Assembly (NCBI GenBank): GCA_965153355.1
Contig: OZ231126.1
Coordinates: 30,194,001-30,258,000, forward strand
Origin: Flaccisagitta enflata
Taxonomy: Eukaryota
DNA: 64,000 bases
Reading direction: 5' to 3'
Program-made: the position numbers and the translations under genes
Shown: positions 13,306 through 29,112 of the stretch, in pieces
Numbering within the stretch: position 1 is the first letter of the stretch
Layout: each line of letters opens with the position of its first letter
The notes under the pieces: generated by a model
Seen by the model: the letters and a program-made list of their open reading frames with translations, nothing else
Told to the model about the DNA's origin: nothing
The model's database searches: none

Positions 13306-13799
13306 GTGCAAACAAAGGCTTAGTTTCGGTTTCAGACTCTTTCTAAACTATATCAATAACCAGATCATAATTTTTTTTAATAGAATTTATAATTATCATA
13401 GGCAATAAACCATCCCTTTATTAGTCTATGCTTTAAATATCACTCCCCTGGCTTTATTTACGTTTCCACAATGCTTGCCCCCGTTTTCTCAAGTCTAGAC
13501 GAGATCTACTGACCATGTTCTTAGAAATGCAAAATTGTTGAATTTGTTCAAATCTTAGAATTTTCCCTTCATAGGTTTTGAATTATTGCTCTATCATTTT
13601 GAAAGAATCTATTACTTTGAGTGATCATTTCTTGTCTTTATCAGTAAAACAAAGCAATCCCTTTATCGAACTAGGTGTTTTTTTACTAATAAAATAATTC
13701 TAAACTATATAATTATAAATTCTATTAAAAAAAATTATGATCTGGTTATTGATATAGTTTAGAAAGAGTCTGAAACCGAAACTAAGCCTTTGTTTGCAC
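13306..13799. mobile_element. MITE with about 90-bp terminal inverted repeats
   Basis: GTGCAAACAAAGGCTTAGTTTCGGTTTCAGACTC...TAATTAT at the left, with its reverse complement at about 13708-13799. Confidence 0.7.
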
Positions 13800-14476
13800 C
13801 TCATCTTAAATATCTCCGGTAGCCTATCACGCGAATGTAACATTTGGCCAAAACAAAATTCACATTAGTCTTCAACAAGAGACGCGGGCTCACAGTAAAG
13901 TCCCGGACACATGGACAGCGGCGTCCAACCCCCATCCTCACCCCACCCCTTCTCAGGACAATCACAACTACAGTATCATAAATGCACGTTTTTGCGTTTT
14001 CAAGAAAAGCGTGACAGACAAACAGATCGACGGACGCACAAGTCTCTTTTAGTGTTGCAAGTCCGCAAGTATCAATTGAAAAATGATGTCACATCAAAGT
14101 CATATACAAAGTGTCTTTGACGCTGCGAACGACGTAGACAAGTTGCCAAATGTAGCGCAGGTGACAAAGAAAGCCGCTGAATAACTTCTTATGTGCCAAC
14201 CTGTACCTGTGTGTTTTTGCTATGCATGTGGGTCTGTGTGTTCTTGTCTGCGTGTCTATCGGTTCAAGTAACATTTCTTTTTTACACACCGTTCTCAATG
14301 TTGGAAAATCCACACGACAAATTCGCTGTTGTCCTCAAACGCCGCGGCCATTAATGTGGATCCTGATATCATATACGTGTGTGATTACTTTTGAGCATGA
14401 GTGATAATTCGTCCCTGTACGAGCGCGTGTGCAAGTATTCTGACGCTTCTTAAATAGTGTGAATTAATTTACATAG

Positions 14477-14615
<139 letters not shown>

Positions 14616-15331
14616 GTGGACACGGAGACACGGCGACAGTTGCTAATCCATGGAACAAGCGATATCTCCATCGCCTCAATGAAAAAGGCAGCACCTTTAG
14701 CTTTGCGTGTTTGGTCAGATGCGCAGTACTCCTTTCTGTAGTAGCGATACATTATATCTATTACAGTAATGTCAGATTGTTTCCAACTTAATCTTGAACT
14801 AGAAAGTCGCTCATGGATAGCAAGGAGCCTACTTGACTTTTTGGGATGGAAATTTTACCGGGTATGGCCGTCTGGTTGCCGTCTGGTTGCTGTCGGTGAG
14901 GGAGTCTACAGGTCCACGCTCTTTCCGACATTGATGTCTTCTGTCATCTGCGTCATACGTCATTAGCGCCTTCCAATGACAGCAATATCCGTTGTCTTCA
15001 TAACCGTCGTCTTCAACACCGTCGTATTTATCGCCGTTGTATTCATTACTGACGTCTTCATCACCGTCGACCTAGTCGTTGTTTTCATCATCATCTTTTT
15101 TTGCATTGTCGACATCTTTATCATCTTGTCACTTTTGTCAGCTCATGCTAAGGTTTTAACGATCCACAAGCGTAGGGTAGCAAATAAGCGGGGCATCAGG
15201 TCCCAATGTCAGACTCAAATGACTAACTTAAATGATATATGTTATCATGAATAAACATGCATTTTTCCTCAGTTTTAAAAAGGCCAGAAACATGCGGATT
15301 GGCAGGGGCAGTGATAGAGAAAGCCACTGGG

Positions 15332-15966
15332 CACCATCCATTCAAACTACCGCCAGGTGGTTTTGAGTAGTACTCTGGATTCTTGAGTAGTACTCTGGAT
15401 TCTTTGCTAGTTTTCACTCTGGATGGACTTCCTGAACTAGGATCCAGCTTCAAAGAAATCTTACTTGTGGTGCGTTTTGAAAAAAATCCCGATTTCATAA
15501 TATTTCATCATATTCTGCAATTAGAATTTTGAGGGATAATAGAAAATATTTGTAGATAGCAGATTTGTATTCTTGATGAAATTCCCTGTTGTTTGATAGA
15601 TTGCACTGTATATTTTTGAAATAGAATACAATTTTCAGATTTTTAGCTACCGTTGCAAAACGTAACGGTGGCTTAAAAAATGAAAATTTCATTTCTTTAT
15701 GAAAATATATTGTGTGACCTATTAAATGAAAGAAAATTTTATCAGGAATTCAAATATCCTATCTAAAAAGACTTTCTTATAACCAAATAGATTTTAAATG
15801 CTGTGTAGGATGAAAAATTATCAATTTTTGATTCTTCTCAAAAAGCGCCACAAGAAAAATTTCTTTCATGCTGGATCATAGTTCAATAAGACCATCCTGA
15901 GTGTAATCAAGCAGAAAATCCTGAGTACTACTCAAAACCACCTGGCGGTAGTTTGAACGGATGGTG
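15332..15966. mobile_element. CAC...GTG MITE with 4-bp TSD (Chapaev-like)
   Basis: TIRs of about 42 bp (CACCATCCATTCAAACTACCGCCAGGTGGTTTTGAGTAGTACTC and its reverse complement), with TGGG on both sides. Confidence 0.7.
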
Positions 15967-16506
15967 TGGGGCATTAGGGCGGAAGTGGTGATAAAAGAAA
16001 TTTCATTAACGCCGACTGACGGACAAATGGACAGTTATAGCGGGCTGTAGCGTCATACAGCACGTGACTGAAAAGGTAATTTCAGCTTGAGCGTCCGACT
16101 GCGGGAATAGTAAAATACACTCCCCGATGCCCCTTTTTAATTCCTTCAACTCGATTAAAGAGTTCTGACGATCTAGCGCGTACTACTCTAGCGCGTACTA
16201 GTAGGTATACGGGAGGCCAAACTACGTTAAAATGATAGTCATATTACGCGAACAGATAAACTTTTTTTTTTGGTCCCCTGGTCCCCTGTTGCGAAAGTCA
16301 AATCTCATTCACTATTCATCTCCGAATTTCTGGTGTTAGATTAAACGCAGTAAATTTGCGCCGCCTGGCTGCGAAACTTTTTATCGTGTCCAGTTGAAAA
16401 AATTCCAAGAGAGAAGAAAAATGCCGCTGCGGCCGAGATCGTTGCGGTACTGACTAGATTCTCACTCAGGTTCTACTGGCGGCTAGATTTGCCTGATGTG
16501 TCTTAC

Positions 16507-16597
<91 letters not shown>

Positions 16598-16898
16598 CTC
16601 TTCCTCTTTCTTTTCACCATCCTGTTTTTGATTAACCGTGTCCAAACTGTCTGAAGTCAGTATCATGGCAAAAGCACCACTACTTGCCCACGGAGGGCGA
16701 GCATCTTTTGTATGTTGGTAGGCTAGTTATATAATAAATTGTTGCACTCTTCATAAAAACGAGATTGTTTTATGCGCCTCATGCCCAGTTGCTTGTATTT
16801 TGATGGAAGATAAAAACAGTGAAGTTTCTTTTAGCCGTATCAATACGTCTGTCCATTTGTTTTCCTTTCTACAACTTCAACATCTCTGTCTCTCTCTC

Positions 16899-16971
<73 letters not shown>

Positions 16972-16984
16972 CCTCTCTTCGCCC

Positions 16985-17204
<220 letters not shown>

Positions 17205-18274
17205 TCCCTTCTTTGTCTCGCCGTGTGGGAGCCGTGCTAGGTTTCTCCCGTTGTTTGGTTCCGCCTGCGGTCGCCCAAACGCACGCACAAAGCCCAAATC
17301 GGCTGCCAGATGCGCGCGTGTGCATTATGTGTGCACGTTGCGCATGCATGACTTCAGTCGCGTGTCACACCTGCGCACGCATCTGCATAGTGCCTACTAA
17401 ACACCCTTCTTGTGCATTTCCTTGTACGTGTGCGTGTGTGCTTGCGATTGCAGGTCTGTCAGTTGCGTTTGTGTGCCTGCGTGTGCATATTGATGGTGCA
17501 TGCATTCAGTCGTGTATTTCGCGCACGAGCGCAGCCGCATCCCTGCATTTGTACATGCCTATGCGGGCGCACGTGCCCGGCCGCAATCGTCCCACGCGTC
17601 TGCTTGTTTTGTGTGGGTTCCCTGACGCCCTGCGCTTTCTTGTGTCTGTAAGAAATAAAGATGCCTCTTTTCTCTCATTGAGCTTATTACTTCGCGCCGG
17701 CACCCTTTCTTCTTCCCTATTGCACCCTATTTTCTTTCCTTTCTTTCTTTTTTTTTTTGTTCCTTTTTTCTTCATTTTCTTTCAACTCCTTTTTTTCTTC
17801 CTTTTATTATGCCACGGATGACGCGTCATGAAGCTTATTACCCGGGCGCCATTTTCTTCTCTACTGCAGCTTCCATGGGGCCCCCCCCCCCCCACCTTTC
17901 CACTCTTTTTTCTATTTTTTTAAAGTTTGCTTCTTAGTTTTCATCTTGTTTTCGTTGCCTGGGGCCCCCAAATCCTGGCTTTGAAGTTCAAAGTTTTTAT
18001 GTTTTTGCTATCGTCATGCTACTTATCATATGAATTAGTATTGCCTTTTTAGTCGCGTGCACGCAACTCTATGACCCGCTCTGTTGGTCGGTTGGTCAGT
18101 CCGTCGGTTCGTCGGTAACACTTTGCTTTTTTCGTCATTTTACATCATTTTAAGTCATTTTAAGTTAATTCAAGTCATTTTTAATCATTCTCAGTCATTT
18201 CAGTCATTTTTGTCATTTTTGTCATTTTTTGTCATTTTTTGTCATTTTTGTCATTCTTTGTCATTTTTTGCCCT

Positions 18275-19915
18275 TTTTGTGCAGCGGCCCCAAAGGGCCG
18301 ATGTCCTGTAGGACATAGGGGTGAATTGTTTGTCCGTCAGTTCGGTGGTCCGTTCGACCGTCCCACTTAGGGCCACGGATTGTGCTAGATGGCTCCTTGG
18401 GTATTTGGGTTAAAATTTTCATCTCTGCCATATGGCTCAAACTAAGCAAACTGGTCATGGTAGCATTTGTTCATATATTACCGGTCCATATGATAGGTTT
18501 ACGGACGATTTAGAGTGAGAAAAGGTGACCTAAATAGACATTACTACAAAAAATGCTGAATTTCACGAAAAATGCTACATTTTATGAAAAATCAAAGAAT
18601 TCTTTGGATCATCTGTTAAGATAACTAAAAGCTCATGATATCTTCAATATTGGTTTGGATTCCTTCATTAATGTTTAAATGTCTGGAAAAATTTAAAAAT
18701 CATTATTTTTTACATTATTAAGCACTATTAAATTAATACAGTTTACTATAATACATATTTAACCTAATTTGCATGCTTTCATTACCCTATAGACAGGAAA
18801 GATCGCACAAGGACGCACAACAAGTGACCTATTAAAAATGTAGTTCAAGGGGTCCTGAATCCAGAATGCTATAGCTCAAGCGGGCCTTCGATGTCCAAAA
18901 TGCGATTTTCTTGGCCTAAATGGACAAGTAATAATGTGGATAAAAGTAAAAATCTATATTTGATTGGAAGAAAAATGAGCAAATGAGCTAAATGCATGAC
19001 AAAAAATGATTTTTTTAGCACCTTATTAAGGATTCTTATTGAACGAAGACAAAAATTTGATTGATTTGGTCAAAACATTAGACAATTTAAATACTAAATG
19101 TAAGAGAGTTTAGCAGTATTTTTCACTTTATTTTCTCAAATTTCTCTTCTTTTGTACTCTAAGCTCATAAAGCTCTTAATCCAATAGAAAAGAGTCAATA
19201 TTGGATATAAATAGTTTCATAACATCTGAAAATATGCAGAAAAATATTTTTCACTAGGTATATTTCATAAGGAACAATGTAATAGAAAAGATATAATGTT
19301 AATCCCCAATGAGCCACCTAGCGTATGATGCAGCCCACAGTGCGTCTGTCCATCCATCCGTCCGTCCGTCTGTCCGTCTGTTTGTCTGTTCGTCTGTCTG
19401 TCCGTCCGCCTGTCTGTCTGTCTGCCCGCCCGTCTGTCCGCCTGTTTGGGTCCGCTCCATCTGTCTGCCCATTTGTCCGTCTGCCTGTCAGTCAGTTTGT
19501 CGTCTGCCCATACGCTCCCCCATGCTTTCAAGCCTCATCCCATCGGATAACATGGGAAATTGTCAAAATGCAAATTTCCCATTGAATAACATGGAAAAGT
19601 TACAAAAAGCAAAAAAATGCATGTTTCCTATTGAATAACATGGAAAATTGATGAAAATAAGAAAAATGTAAAATTCCCATTGAAAAACATGGCAAATTGA
19701 CAAAAAATTTTGAAAAATGCAAAATTCCCATTGAATATCATGGAAATTTGATACTATGGCCTCAAATATGCCCTCTCAGGACGTATGGAAATTCACCCCT
19801 GTGTCCTACAGGACATCGGCCCTTTGGGGCCGCTGCCCTGCTCTCACACTACCTCTGCAGCTATCACTCCATGCAGGGCATTGGGCACCGCTGACCATGT
19901 GTAATCCTTGGATGA
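18275..19915. mobile_element. Helentron/HINE-like short element, interrupted by Transib-like copy 2
   Basis: T-run start, subterminal inverted repeats GCAGCGGCCCCAAAGGGCCGATGTCCTGTAGGACA / TGTCCTACAGGACATCGGCCCTTTGGGGCCGCTGC and a (GTCC/GTCT)n tract. A related element lies at about 25730-26200. Confidence 0.5.
18364..19342. mobile_element. Non-autonomous Transib-like DNA transposon, copy 2 (inverted relative to 7678-8638)
   Basis: Ends CACTTAGGG ... CCCACAGTG, with flanks CGTCC / CGTCT (5-bp TSD, 1 mismatch). Collinear reverse-complement similarity to copy 1 over its length. Confidence 0.75.
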
Positions 19916-20126
19916 CTTGTTGTGTATGTTTGAGTATGGTTTGGGGGTCTTATTAAGTCTTCTTAAGTCATTCTAAGTCAGTTTAAGTCATCTTGAGTCA
20001 TCTTGGGTCATTTTAAGTCATTTCAAGTCATATTAACATTTTGTGTCATTTTTGGAAATTTTGTCATATTTTGTCAAAGTAAGTCATTTTTAGTTGTATT
20101 CCTAGTCATTTCAAGTGGCATTTCAA

Positions 20127-20510
20127 GTGGATTGAAAGTGGTGGGTTTCATGGTTTGAATTGAAACTGGTGGGTTCCAAGGCTGGAATTGAAACTGGTGG
20201 GTTTCAAGGCTTGAATTGAAACTGATGGGTTTCAAAGCTTTAATCTAATGTGATGGGTTTCAAGGCTTGAATTGAAACTGGAGGCTTACAAGGCTTGAAT
20301 TGAAACTGATGGGTGTAAAGATTTAAATGAAACGGGTAGCGTTTAGAGGTTTGATTTGAGACTGATGGGTTCCAAGCCTTGAATTAAGACTGGTGGGTTT
20401 CAAGACTTAAATTGAAAGTGGTGGGTCTCAACGCTTGAATTTGAACTGAGGGGGGTCTCACGGCTTGAACAGAGACTGGTGGGTTTTAAGGCTTTAATTG
20501 AAACTAGTGG
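20127..20510. repeat. Degenerate minisatellite with a unit of about 28-30 bp (GAATTGAAACTGGTGGGTTTCAAGGCTT)
   Basis: About a dozen diverged tandem copies are visible. Confidence 0.8.
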
Positions 20511-22122
20511 AGTCAGGTCAATGTATTTATGTCCCGCACGCGACTTATAGATGTTGGCCTTGTTTGATTTACCGGAAAATTTGCATGACCCTCCATAACT
20601 CATTTGGAACTGGGACCACACGGTTAAAGTGGCTAAGGAAAAGTTTTGACAATATGCTTCAATCAGAATGGAATGATGGATATATGAGAAAGGAGTCAAG
20701 AGAGTTGGGCATGGGGTGTTGAAAAGTCTTTGGTAAGGAAGGCTATAGCTATCGAAGGAGATGGGGCGATTGAGATGTGGGAGAGATGGTTTGAAATGCC
20801 TTTCTCAGTTGGTTACTACAATAAGAGAACAGAAACGAATAAAGCATATAGAAACAGAAAACGAATACAATAAATAACGTTAAATTTGTACCACAAATCG
20901 AAGAGGTTTGACATTGAGCGAGAATTTTGTGGGAGATTTGGGGCCGGAAGCTTGACCATAAAGATGTCGTTTAGTCTCTTGAAGCATATTTGTTGCGCGG
21001 CAGAATTGGTTAGTCAACCGTCAGAAAACCGTCTGCTGCCTTTGAGGAAAAAAATGGCGGCGCGGTGGTACTCCCGATGGGCACCCGATGTTCTCTGGTT
21101 CATGTACAGATTCATGGACGGTTAGATCGCGAACAAAAATTGCGTGGCAATTTGCTTTTGTGGACACTTGATATGATTGTTGGAAAAAGTCGAATAACGT
21201 TATCCGAATTTTTCAAACGTAAAGAAGAAATAAAGTTTTTCTCTCTTCAATTTAGGGCAATATTAGGAAGTTGAGCCATTTTCTGTGCTTGGATGATACT
21301 TTTTTTAAGATTCGTAACTAAATAAGGCCGGATACACAGCTACCCTAGTCGCGTGCGGGTGGGCAGTATGTTCAAAAAGCTTAAAAACGCCAAAAAAATA
21401 AAAAGGGGACCACCGACCGATTGACTGACCAACTGACATAGCGGGGTGTAGAGTCGCTTAGCACGCGACTAAAAAGAGCAAATTTTTTTTTCAAATGGCA
21501 CCAAGCAGATGTCTCTATGATGAATGTTTTTGGACTATTAGTTTTTAAATCTTTTCTTTTTAGCATTTTTTTGCATTTTTCTCAAAAATGAGATTTTGAT
21601 CCTTATGAGCTTAAAAGTTTCCCTGTAGGCCTGCCCTTATGACCATAAACCTGTTCAAAACTGTACAAACACTAACCAAAGACTGGCCAAAGTGTAGAAA
21701 ATGTAATTCTTTACTGATATGACTGAGCTTAACAGCAGAAGCGGCGGTGAAGCACTTTGCAACTGAAGAAATTTTTGCCATTTTGAAATACTAGAAATGA
21801 GAGTTAAAATAAAAGGACTGCTCAAAAAAAAAATCCCAGTTTTGCGACTTTTTTCCGATCGGCGAGAGACACCTTTACTAAGACTTAAGTAAAAGTCGGC
21901 GCACATGATTCGTTTGTGGGAGAGTGGATAATTTTGTTGTGGAAGGTTGTTATTGAGCTAGAGGTGATATGAGTTGATGTGAATGGTTGTAAAAGGCAGC
22001 ACAAAAGGAATCACGTAGATGAGAGGCAATTACAAATTGAAACATTTTCAAAGTGCAACTGAAAAATGATTGTGTTAGAGTGAGTCCTACATCTCTACTT
22101 CTTCCGTGGGGACGGGATAAAA

Positions 22123-22217
<95 letters not shown>

Positions 22218-22325
22218 TGTTTGTATTCAAGGCCACTCATGCGAGGAACGAGGCCTCCACCGCCTAGATAGCCGATGAAAAACGCTCTCACGCTCTCAAG
22301 CTCTTAGTCTTTCTGTCTAACTTAG

Positions 22326-22430
<105 letters not shown>

Positions 22431-25400
22431 CTGCTTCAACGTCCAGCCATAAAAGTGTAAACAGTTCACTTTTATTTCGTTTTAAAAGCAATTCGCAGGC
22501 CTGATTGCACAAAAAAAAAATACAACACGTCAGATGTTACATTGAGGATAAGCTGTACAATAAATTGTTGTTTTGTTTTGTTTTTTATTAGGAATACAAT
22601 TGGAGTGCAATAGTAGACAACAATATTAGACGTGGAAAAAAATTAGTTTAATTCGTTTGCGTTGTCATAAATAGACTAACAGGTCTCACAAAATTAGGCG
22701 GAAAGAGATGAAAACTCGTTGAAAAGAGCGTTAAAAATGGAGATAAATCCATCCAAGCAAGGGATATCACTTATTTGAGTTCGTCTATTAACATAATGCA
22801 AAAAATGCCCAAAAAAAGTAACCGGCTATCCCCTGATGGACGGAAATATGCTGAAAAGTGAAAGGTAACCAAGTTTTGGATTGCCACGCTCTTCTTAATG
22901 TTGCTAACAGTAGCACAAAAAAAAAAACGGAACAAAATGTTTGTCAGTGTTTTGTAATCATCCAATGAGAAAAACATAGCAAAATTCATGACCGTTTTGA
23001 AGCTCTGCGAAAGATCTTTCAAATGTGACCTTGCTGGTTGTCCTAGCTTTATTCGTTTAGAAATGGCATAAACATAAAGAGCAGGTGGTCACAGTTGTAA
23101 AAATTGAAGTTGAAGAAGCTGCATCTTTTTGTTAATCCATAAGAAAAAGACAAAAAAAAAAATGATAAATTGAACTTTTTCACAGAGGGTTTTAAAAGAT
23201 TTTTGAATTTTCTTTCATTCTAGACCAATCCCAAGTCTGTATCTCAAACGGTATAAAAGTTAGAGCTTGTTAAAGTTAACTAAGTCTTTTTACAAAACCT
23301 TTTTATTCAAACAAACACAAAATTGAATGGGGCAATGTTTTTACTCATTCCTATGCCATTTCTAAACGAATAACGCTAGAATGACCAGCAACGTGGCGTT
23401 TGAAAGATCTTTTACAGAGCTTTCAAATGGTCATGAATTTTATATGATTTAGTCTCTCAGTTAAAAATAAGTAAAATAAGTTGTTCCGTTTTTTCTTTTG
23501 CTATTGTTACTCAACTTCACCTTCAATTCCTCAAGCTATTGTCAACTAACGCTGCTTTCTTTCTGCGGGACTGACTCTTCTGAATCCACCAACTGCATTT
23601 CATGAAAAAATGACGTTTTTTTTTTTGCATTCCATCTTCTTAAAATGACAAACGGAAAACGTTTCCACTCTGCTACTTTTTTTTTTGTAAAAATCAACAA
23701 TAATCGGACGCCTGACTTTCAGTAAAACACCCTCCATCATGCCCTACATGCAGGAAAGTCGCCAATATTGCTTTGCTACGTCAAAATACTAGGTCTTAGC
23801 TATCTCCATGTCAAATTTCATCATGCTGAAGGCATTTTTACTACGTATATTGATCATTCTACTTTTCCGCCTAATTATGAAAAGTGGAACAATACCCCTC
23901 ACTATACCCAAACTGAAATAAATGGAAGAGGGCCTTGTGGACCCTCACTGACCAGTTAATACGCGCGCCACTCCTAGTTTTCCGTAAAACAGAATCTGAA
24001 AAACACTCCTTCTCAATCTAACCCAAAAGCAAACTGCTTACCAAAAGAAGTTAGGGCAATAATTGTTAGCTTTATTATGGCGAGGGTCGGTCATTTAGAA
24101 ATATCGTGATTTATTGTGTTTACTGGGGTCAACTGACTCGCCAACCTTGTTTTATTCCATATCACAATGAAAAATCACAACTCGAATCAATCCTCATCTT
24201 AAGAAATCCAATTTTTCAAGTCCTTTCAAGGTAACAATATCTGGGCAGCTCTTGAAACGAATTCAGATTTGCAAAGGGATCAATTATGGACGTAAAGTTT
24301 CAGTACTGTTCATAATTTCCTGATTAGCTGCTTAGACACTTTAAAACGATGCTATTGGATGCTGTGATTCCCAACATGTGACGTTAGACTTCGGTCTTTT
24401 CAAAACACAATAAGTAAGCCAATAAGCGATCACTTGACAGTTCACATTAACCAATCACAGCTCTTTTTGCCGGGACTCGCAATTATCCAGCCATGAACTC
24501 AGGAAAAACATTGCTTAGCCTGACCAATTTACTCATGTATCACAGCAAACAAAAGTAGTTTTTTTCATTATTTTCTTCGAAAAACATCGGTGACATCATT
24601 CCGACAATGCTTTAACTTTAATTAAGAGGAAAGCACTATGGATTTATGACGTCACTCCCCTGGAGCTATGGAAATGAGACGATGAGGGAATGACGTGAAT
24701 TGAGAGGATCAGAAGAGAACTCTGTCAGCATTTTAGAAAAACAAAAGAGCATCCGCATTCCTTGCTATTTATTACCAAAATTCAACAAATCACCCGAGGG
24801 TAACATTGTTAAGAAATCATACCCTTATGTGAGACCTGTTAACCATGAATATTGATCGGAACATAAACTGTGAAGAAATAAGAGACCGATAATGGATTTG
24901 TTTGATTTTGAAAGAATGCGAATGACGGCAATTAAATGTCCCTTCTGTAGGCTGTAAGCATTTGCACGCGCTTTGATTGCATCAATGTCCTTCATGACTT
25001 GTGAAGAAAAAGCTCGCCCCTGAAATTTTTAAGGCTGTAACAGGTGACAACTCTAGCAAACGATTTCTAGTTTCCTCAGTAAAGTAACCTGAGGCGCCAG
25101 AGTAGAAAAAAAAAACTCTTCCTCAGTTTTTTTCTCGCAACTTTCTTTTAAAATTCATGAGTGGGGGGAAATTTCGTGTATGAATGATATTTGAAACGAC
25201 TTTTTTTCACGGCCTAGAAGTTACTTACATAGTACTTCCCAATCGATCGGTCGGTTCGTCCGTCCAAAAGGAAGGCCTCGGCGGCACTTTTTCAGAGAAG
25301 TGTGCCAGTAGTCCCACTCCGTCAGTAATCAAAGCGCCCGGAGGTTGCCTGGCTTTCGGTCCTCATTTCAACCCCGATGTACAAAAATTAACCACCGCCG

Positions 25401-27051
25401 ACAACAATCTAACTCAGATTGCTTAAAGGCAACAGTTACGTGTGCGTTGAGGTTTATAGTCAGTCAGTCAATAAGTCCAAAATCAATCTTTTGGACCCAA
25501 CCCAACGTGAGTAAAATCCTTTTTCTCCTATTCTTATTCATTCATATATTCATCTATTCATTCATTCATTCCTTCATTCATTCATTTATTCATTCATTAA
25601 TTCATTCATTCATTCATTCATTCACTCATTCATTCATTCATTCACTCATTCATTCATTTACTCATTCATTCATTCATTCATTCATTCATTAATTTACTCA
25701 CAAATTCACTCATTCATTTCTTTGGCCCTTTTTGGGCAGCGGCCCCGAAGGGGTCGATGACCTATGCTTTCACATATATAGGGAGTTTTCTCCTTCACCT
25801 CCTTCTTCTTCTTCGTACCCCCCCTCCCCCAGCCTTCAGGCCCATATCTCAGCTTGGAGGTCCATATCCCAGCCTCCAGGCCCAAATCCCAGCCTGAGCC
25901 AAATCTCACTCTTCTAGGCCCATCCTAACCCCAAGGCCCAAATTCAATTCTCTAGGATTTAGGCCTCAAGACTGGGATTTGGGCCTGGAGGCTTGAACAT
26001 GGGCCTCCAGCTGGGATATGGGCCTGGAGGCTGGGGGAGGGGGGTGTGGGAGGGAGAGGAGGAGGGAAGAGAAGGAGAAACTCCCCATATGTGTGAAAGC
26101 ATAGGTCATCGACCCCTTTGGGGCTGCTGCCCTGCTCCCCCCTCAACTTCAACCACAACCTACTTAAGCAGGACACGGGTACCGCTGACCATCTAACGTT
26201 TTTGCTACTATTATTTTTTTTTTTCCTTTTCTTTTTCTGGGAGGCTGGGGGAGGGGGGTGCGGAGGAGAAGGAGGAGGAGGAGAAGGAGAAAACTTCCCA
26301 TATGTGTTAAAGCATAGGTCATCAACCCCTTTGGGCCGCCTTGCCCTGCTCCCCCTCACCTTTTTCTTTCTTTTGTTTTCATTTCTTTTCTTTTCTTCCT
26401 TATCATTTGTTCCTTTTTTTTCTCTTTTCCTCTTCTTTTCTTTTCTTTTCTTTTCTTTTCTTTTCTTTTCTTTCTTTTCTTTTCTTTTCTTTCTTTTCTT
26501 TTCTTTTCTTTTCTTTTCCTTTTCTTTTCATTTTCTTTTTTCTTTTTCATTTTCATTATCTTTTCTTTTTTTCTTCATCTTTCTTCTTCTTCTTCTTCTT
26601 CTTCTCCTTCTTATTCTTATTCGTCTTCTCTTTTCTTCTTTCTCTTTCTTCTTCTCCTACTACTTCTTCTTCTTCTTCTTCTTCTTCTTTCTTCTTTTTC
26701 TCCTTTTTTTTCTATTTTCTTTTCTTTTCTTTTCTTTTTCTTTTTCTTTTTCTTTTTCTTTTTCTTTTTCTTTTTCTTTTTCTTCTTCTTTGTCTTCTTC
26801 TTCTTCTTCTCTTCTTTTTCTTCTTCTTCTTCTTCGGCTTATCCAAAATACTTTCTTGAACATGCTGGGGAAAATGGAAAGTCCCGCGATGGTTGAAATG
26901 AGGCCGAAAAGTCCTTGAATCTCCGGAGTAACAAGTTTCATTTGCTCTCCAGCCAGTCTAATATCATTAAGGAAAAAAATAAAAGTAATTTCAAAAGTTA
27001 CGGTGCAAAGAGAGAGAGAAAAATAGAATGGGAAAGAGATAAAAATCAATG

Positions 27052-27210
<159 letters not shown>

Positions 27211-28451
27211 GACAGAGACAGGTAAGTAGACAGAGACAAATTGACAAAGATTAAACTTGGAAAGACAAAAAGACAGTTATGAATACCAGTAATGGTGGCT
27301 GTCGTCGTGAGAAAGTCGTCGTAAGCGTTGGTCACTTTTCACCAGTTTTCGTCTCTCTTCAGTCACTGCAAATCTTTTTATTTGTTAGATCAAATCAAGA
27401 GCAATTGTATGTATTGATTGCACTGAAAATCAGAGAAAAATAGGACTGAGCCAAATGAGCAAGATGAGCTAAAATGCTCAAAATCACTCAACCAGACAGC
27501 CAGGTATGCTCAATGAGCAAGAATACTTGAAAATACCCTCGCAGATGAGCAGCTATGCTCACTGACATGCTTTTTTTGTATCTGCTTGCTTAAACATGTA
27601 GCAAATGTTTTTAAATTACGGTACGTACTCCAAAATATGTATTTATTAATCGCATTCGAAATCTAAATCAATTTTGAGCTAAATGAGCTAAATGAGCTAG
27701 AATGCTCAAAAACACCCTCACAGATGAGCAACTATGCTCATAACGATGTTTTCTTGTATTTGCATGCTCAAACAAGCATAAAAATACTCCTTTATTGATC
27801 CTACTTAAAATCATAAAAAATAAAAAAAAATTCAATTTGTATTTTTCATAAATAAATCTTTAAAAAATCATAACGCAAAAAATATTTGTTGTAGAGCATT
27901 CTGCTTGGCGCAAAATGAAAGAGAATTATCAAATTTACTTACCCTATCAATTTCATCCGAGGGCACAATCAGTCGATGGAGATTCACAACTTTCCCATAA
28001 GAAAGTGAAAACCCTGTATCTCTCAAATATGTCAAAAAGTAAAAGACTGACTTCGACTTTTTTCCCGATAAAGCATGTGTAAAAATGAATGCCACTGGGA
28101 CAGCCTAAATGAGGGTTTTACCCTGTATATTTCACTGATTTCAAAAAACGTTAATTTTTTGAATCTTTTTTTTCTAACACTAAAGTGGAAAGGCAGAAAC
28201 AATTTTTGATAGGAGGAAAAACGAGACAACAACTTTTCTCCTCAACTTTTCATAATTCTTCAATGCTTAACCATGTAGTTTCCTTACAATTGAGTATAAC
28301 ATATTGTTTAGATGACAAAAATGAAGAAAAGAGGAGCGGCGGCTTATGAATTCCGGTATGCGTCATGTAAAGAGAGGTGGAACAGAATAGTTGTAAAACG
28401 CACAAGATAGCAAAATGACGGTTTTGGGCGAGGGTGATCAAGTAGGTGGAA

Positions 28452-28555
<104 letters not shown>

Positions 28556-29112
28556 AAGTCCCGGGAGAGTCGAGGGACTTTGGGACTTGGTGGGTTTCTC
28601 GTCGTAAAGAGAGATAAAGTGAATGGTTCATCGACGTTTGCGTAAAGTTCAGCATGTTTATTGCGCGTGAAATTCTTCGCCGGCGTTGTCATTACAACGA
28701 GATCACCTTCCTTCTCCTATCCTGCTCAGGGGGCGTTTCTAGTCAAAGACGATCGCGTTTTGAAAGGGCCACTCGGTCGCTCGCTACGTTCATTCGCTCG
28801 CCCCGCTCACTCCACTCACTTGCTCCGCAGCGCTCCGCTCCGTTCACGGGCTCTCTCACTCACTTTGCTCACTCCCTTGTGGGACAGGTGAAATTCTTGA
28901 ATATCTGTTCATACTATTATCGCGTTTCATGGAAACAAGCGCGTTTTTGGCGCTCACTAGAAACACGCCCTTACTTTTCTTCTCTTTCGTAGCTTTCATC
29001 CTTCTTTCTCACTTTGTTCAACCTTCTTTCTTCTTCCTATTATCCCTTGAGCGTCCTTGTACCACTCTAAGTGGATGTATACGTGTGTAGGTAGATCGGT
29101 AGGTAGTTACTA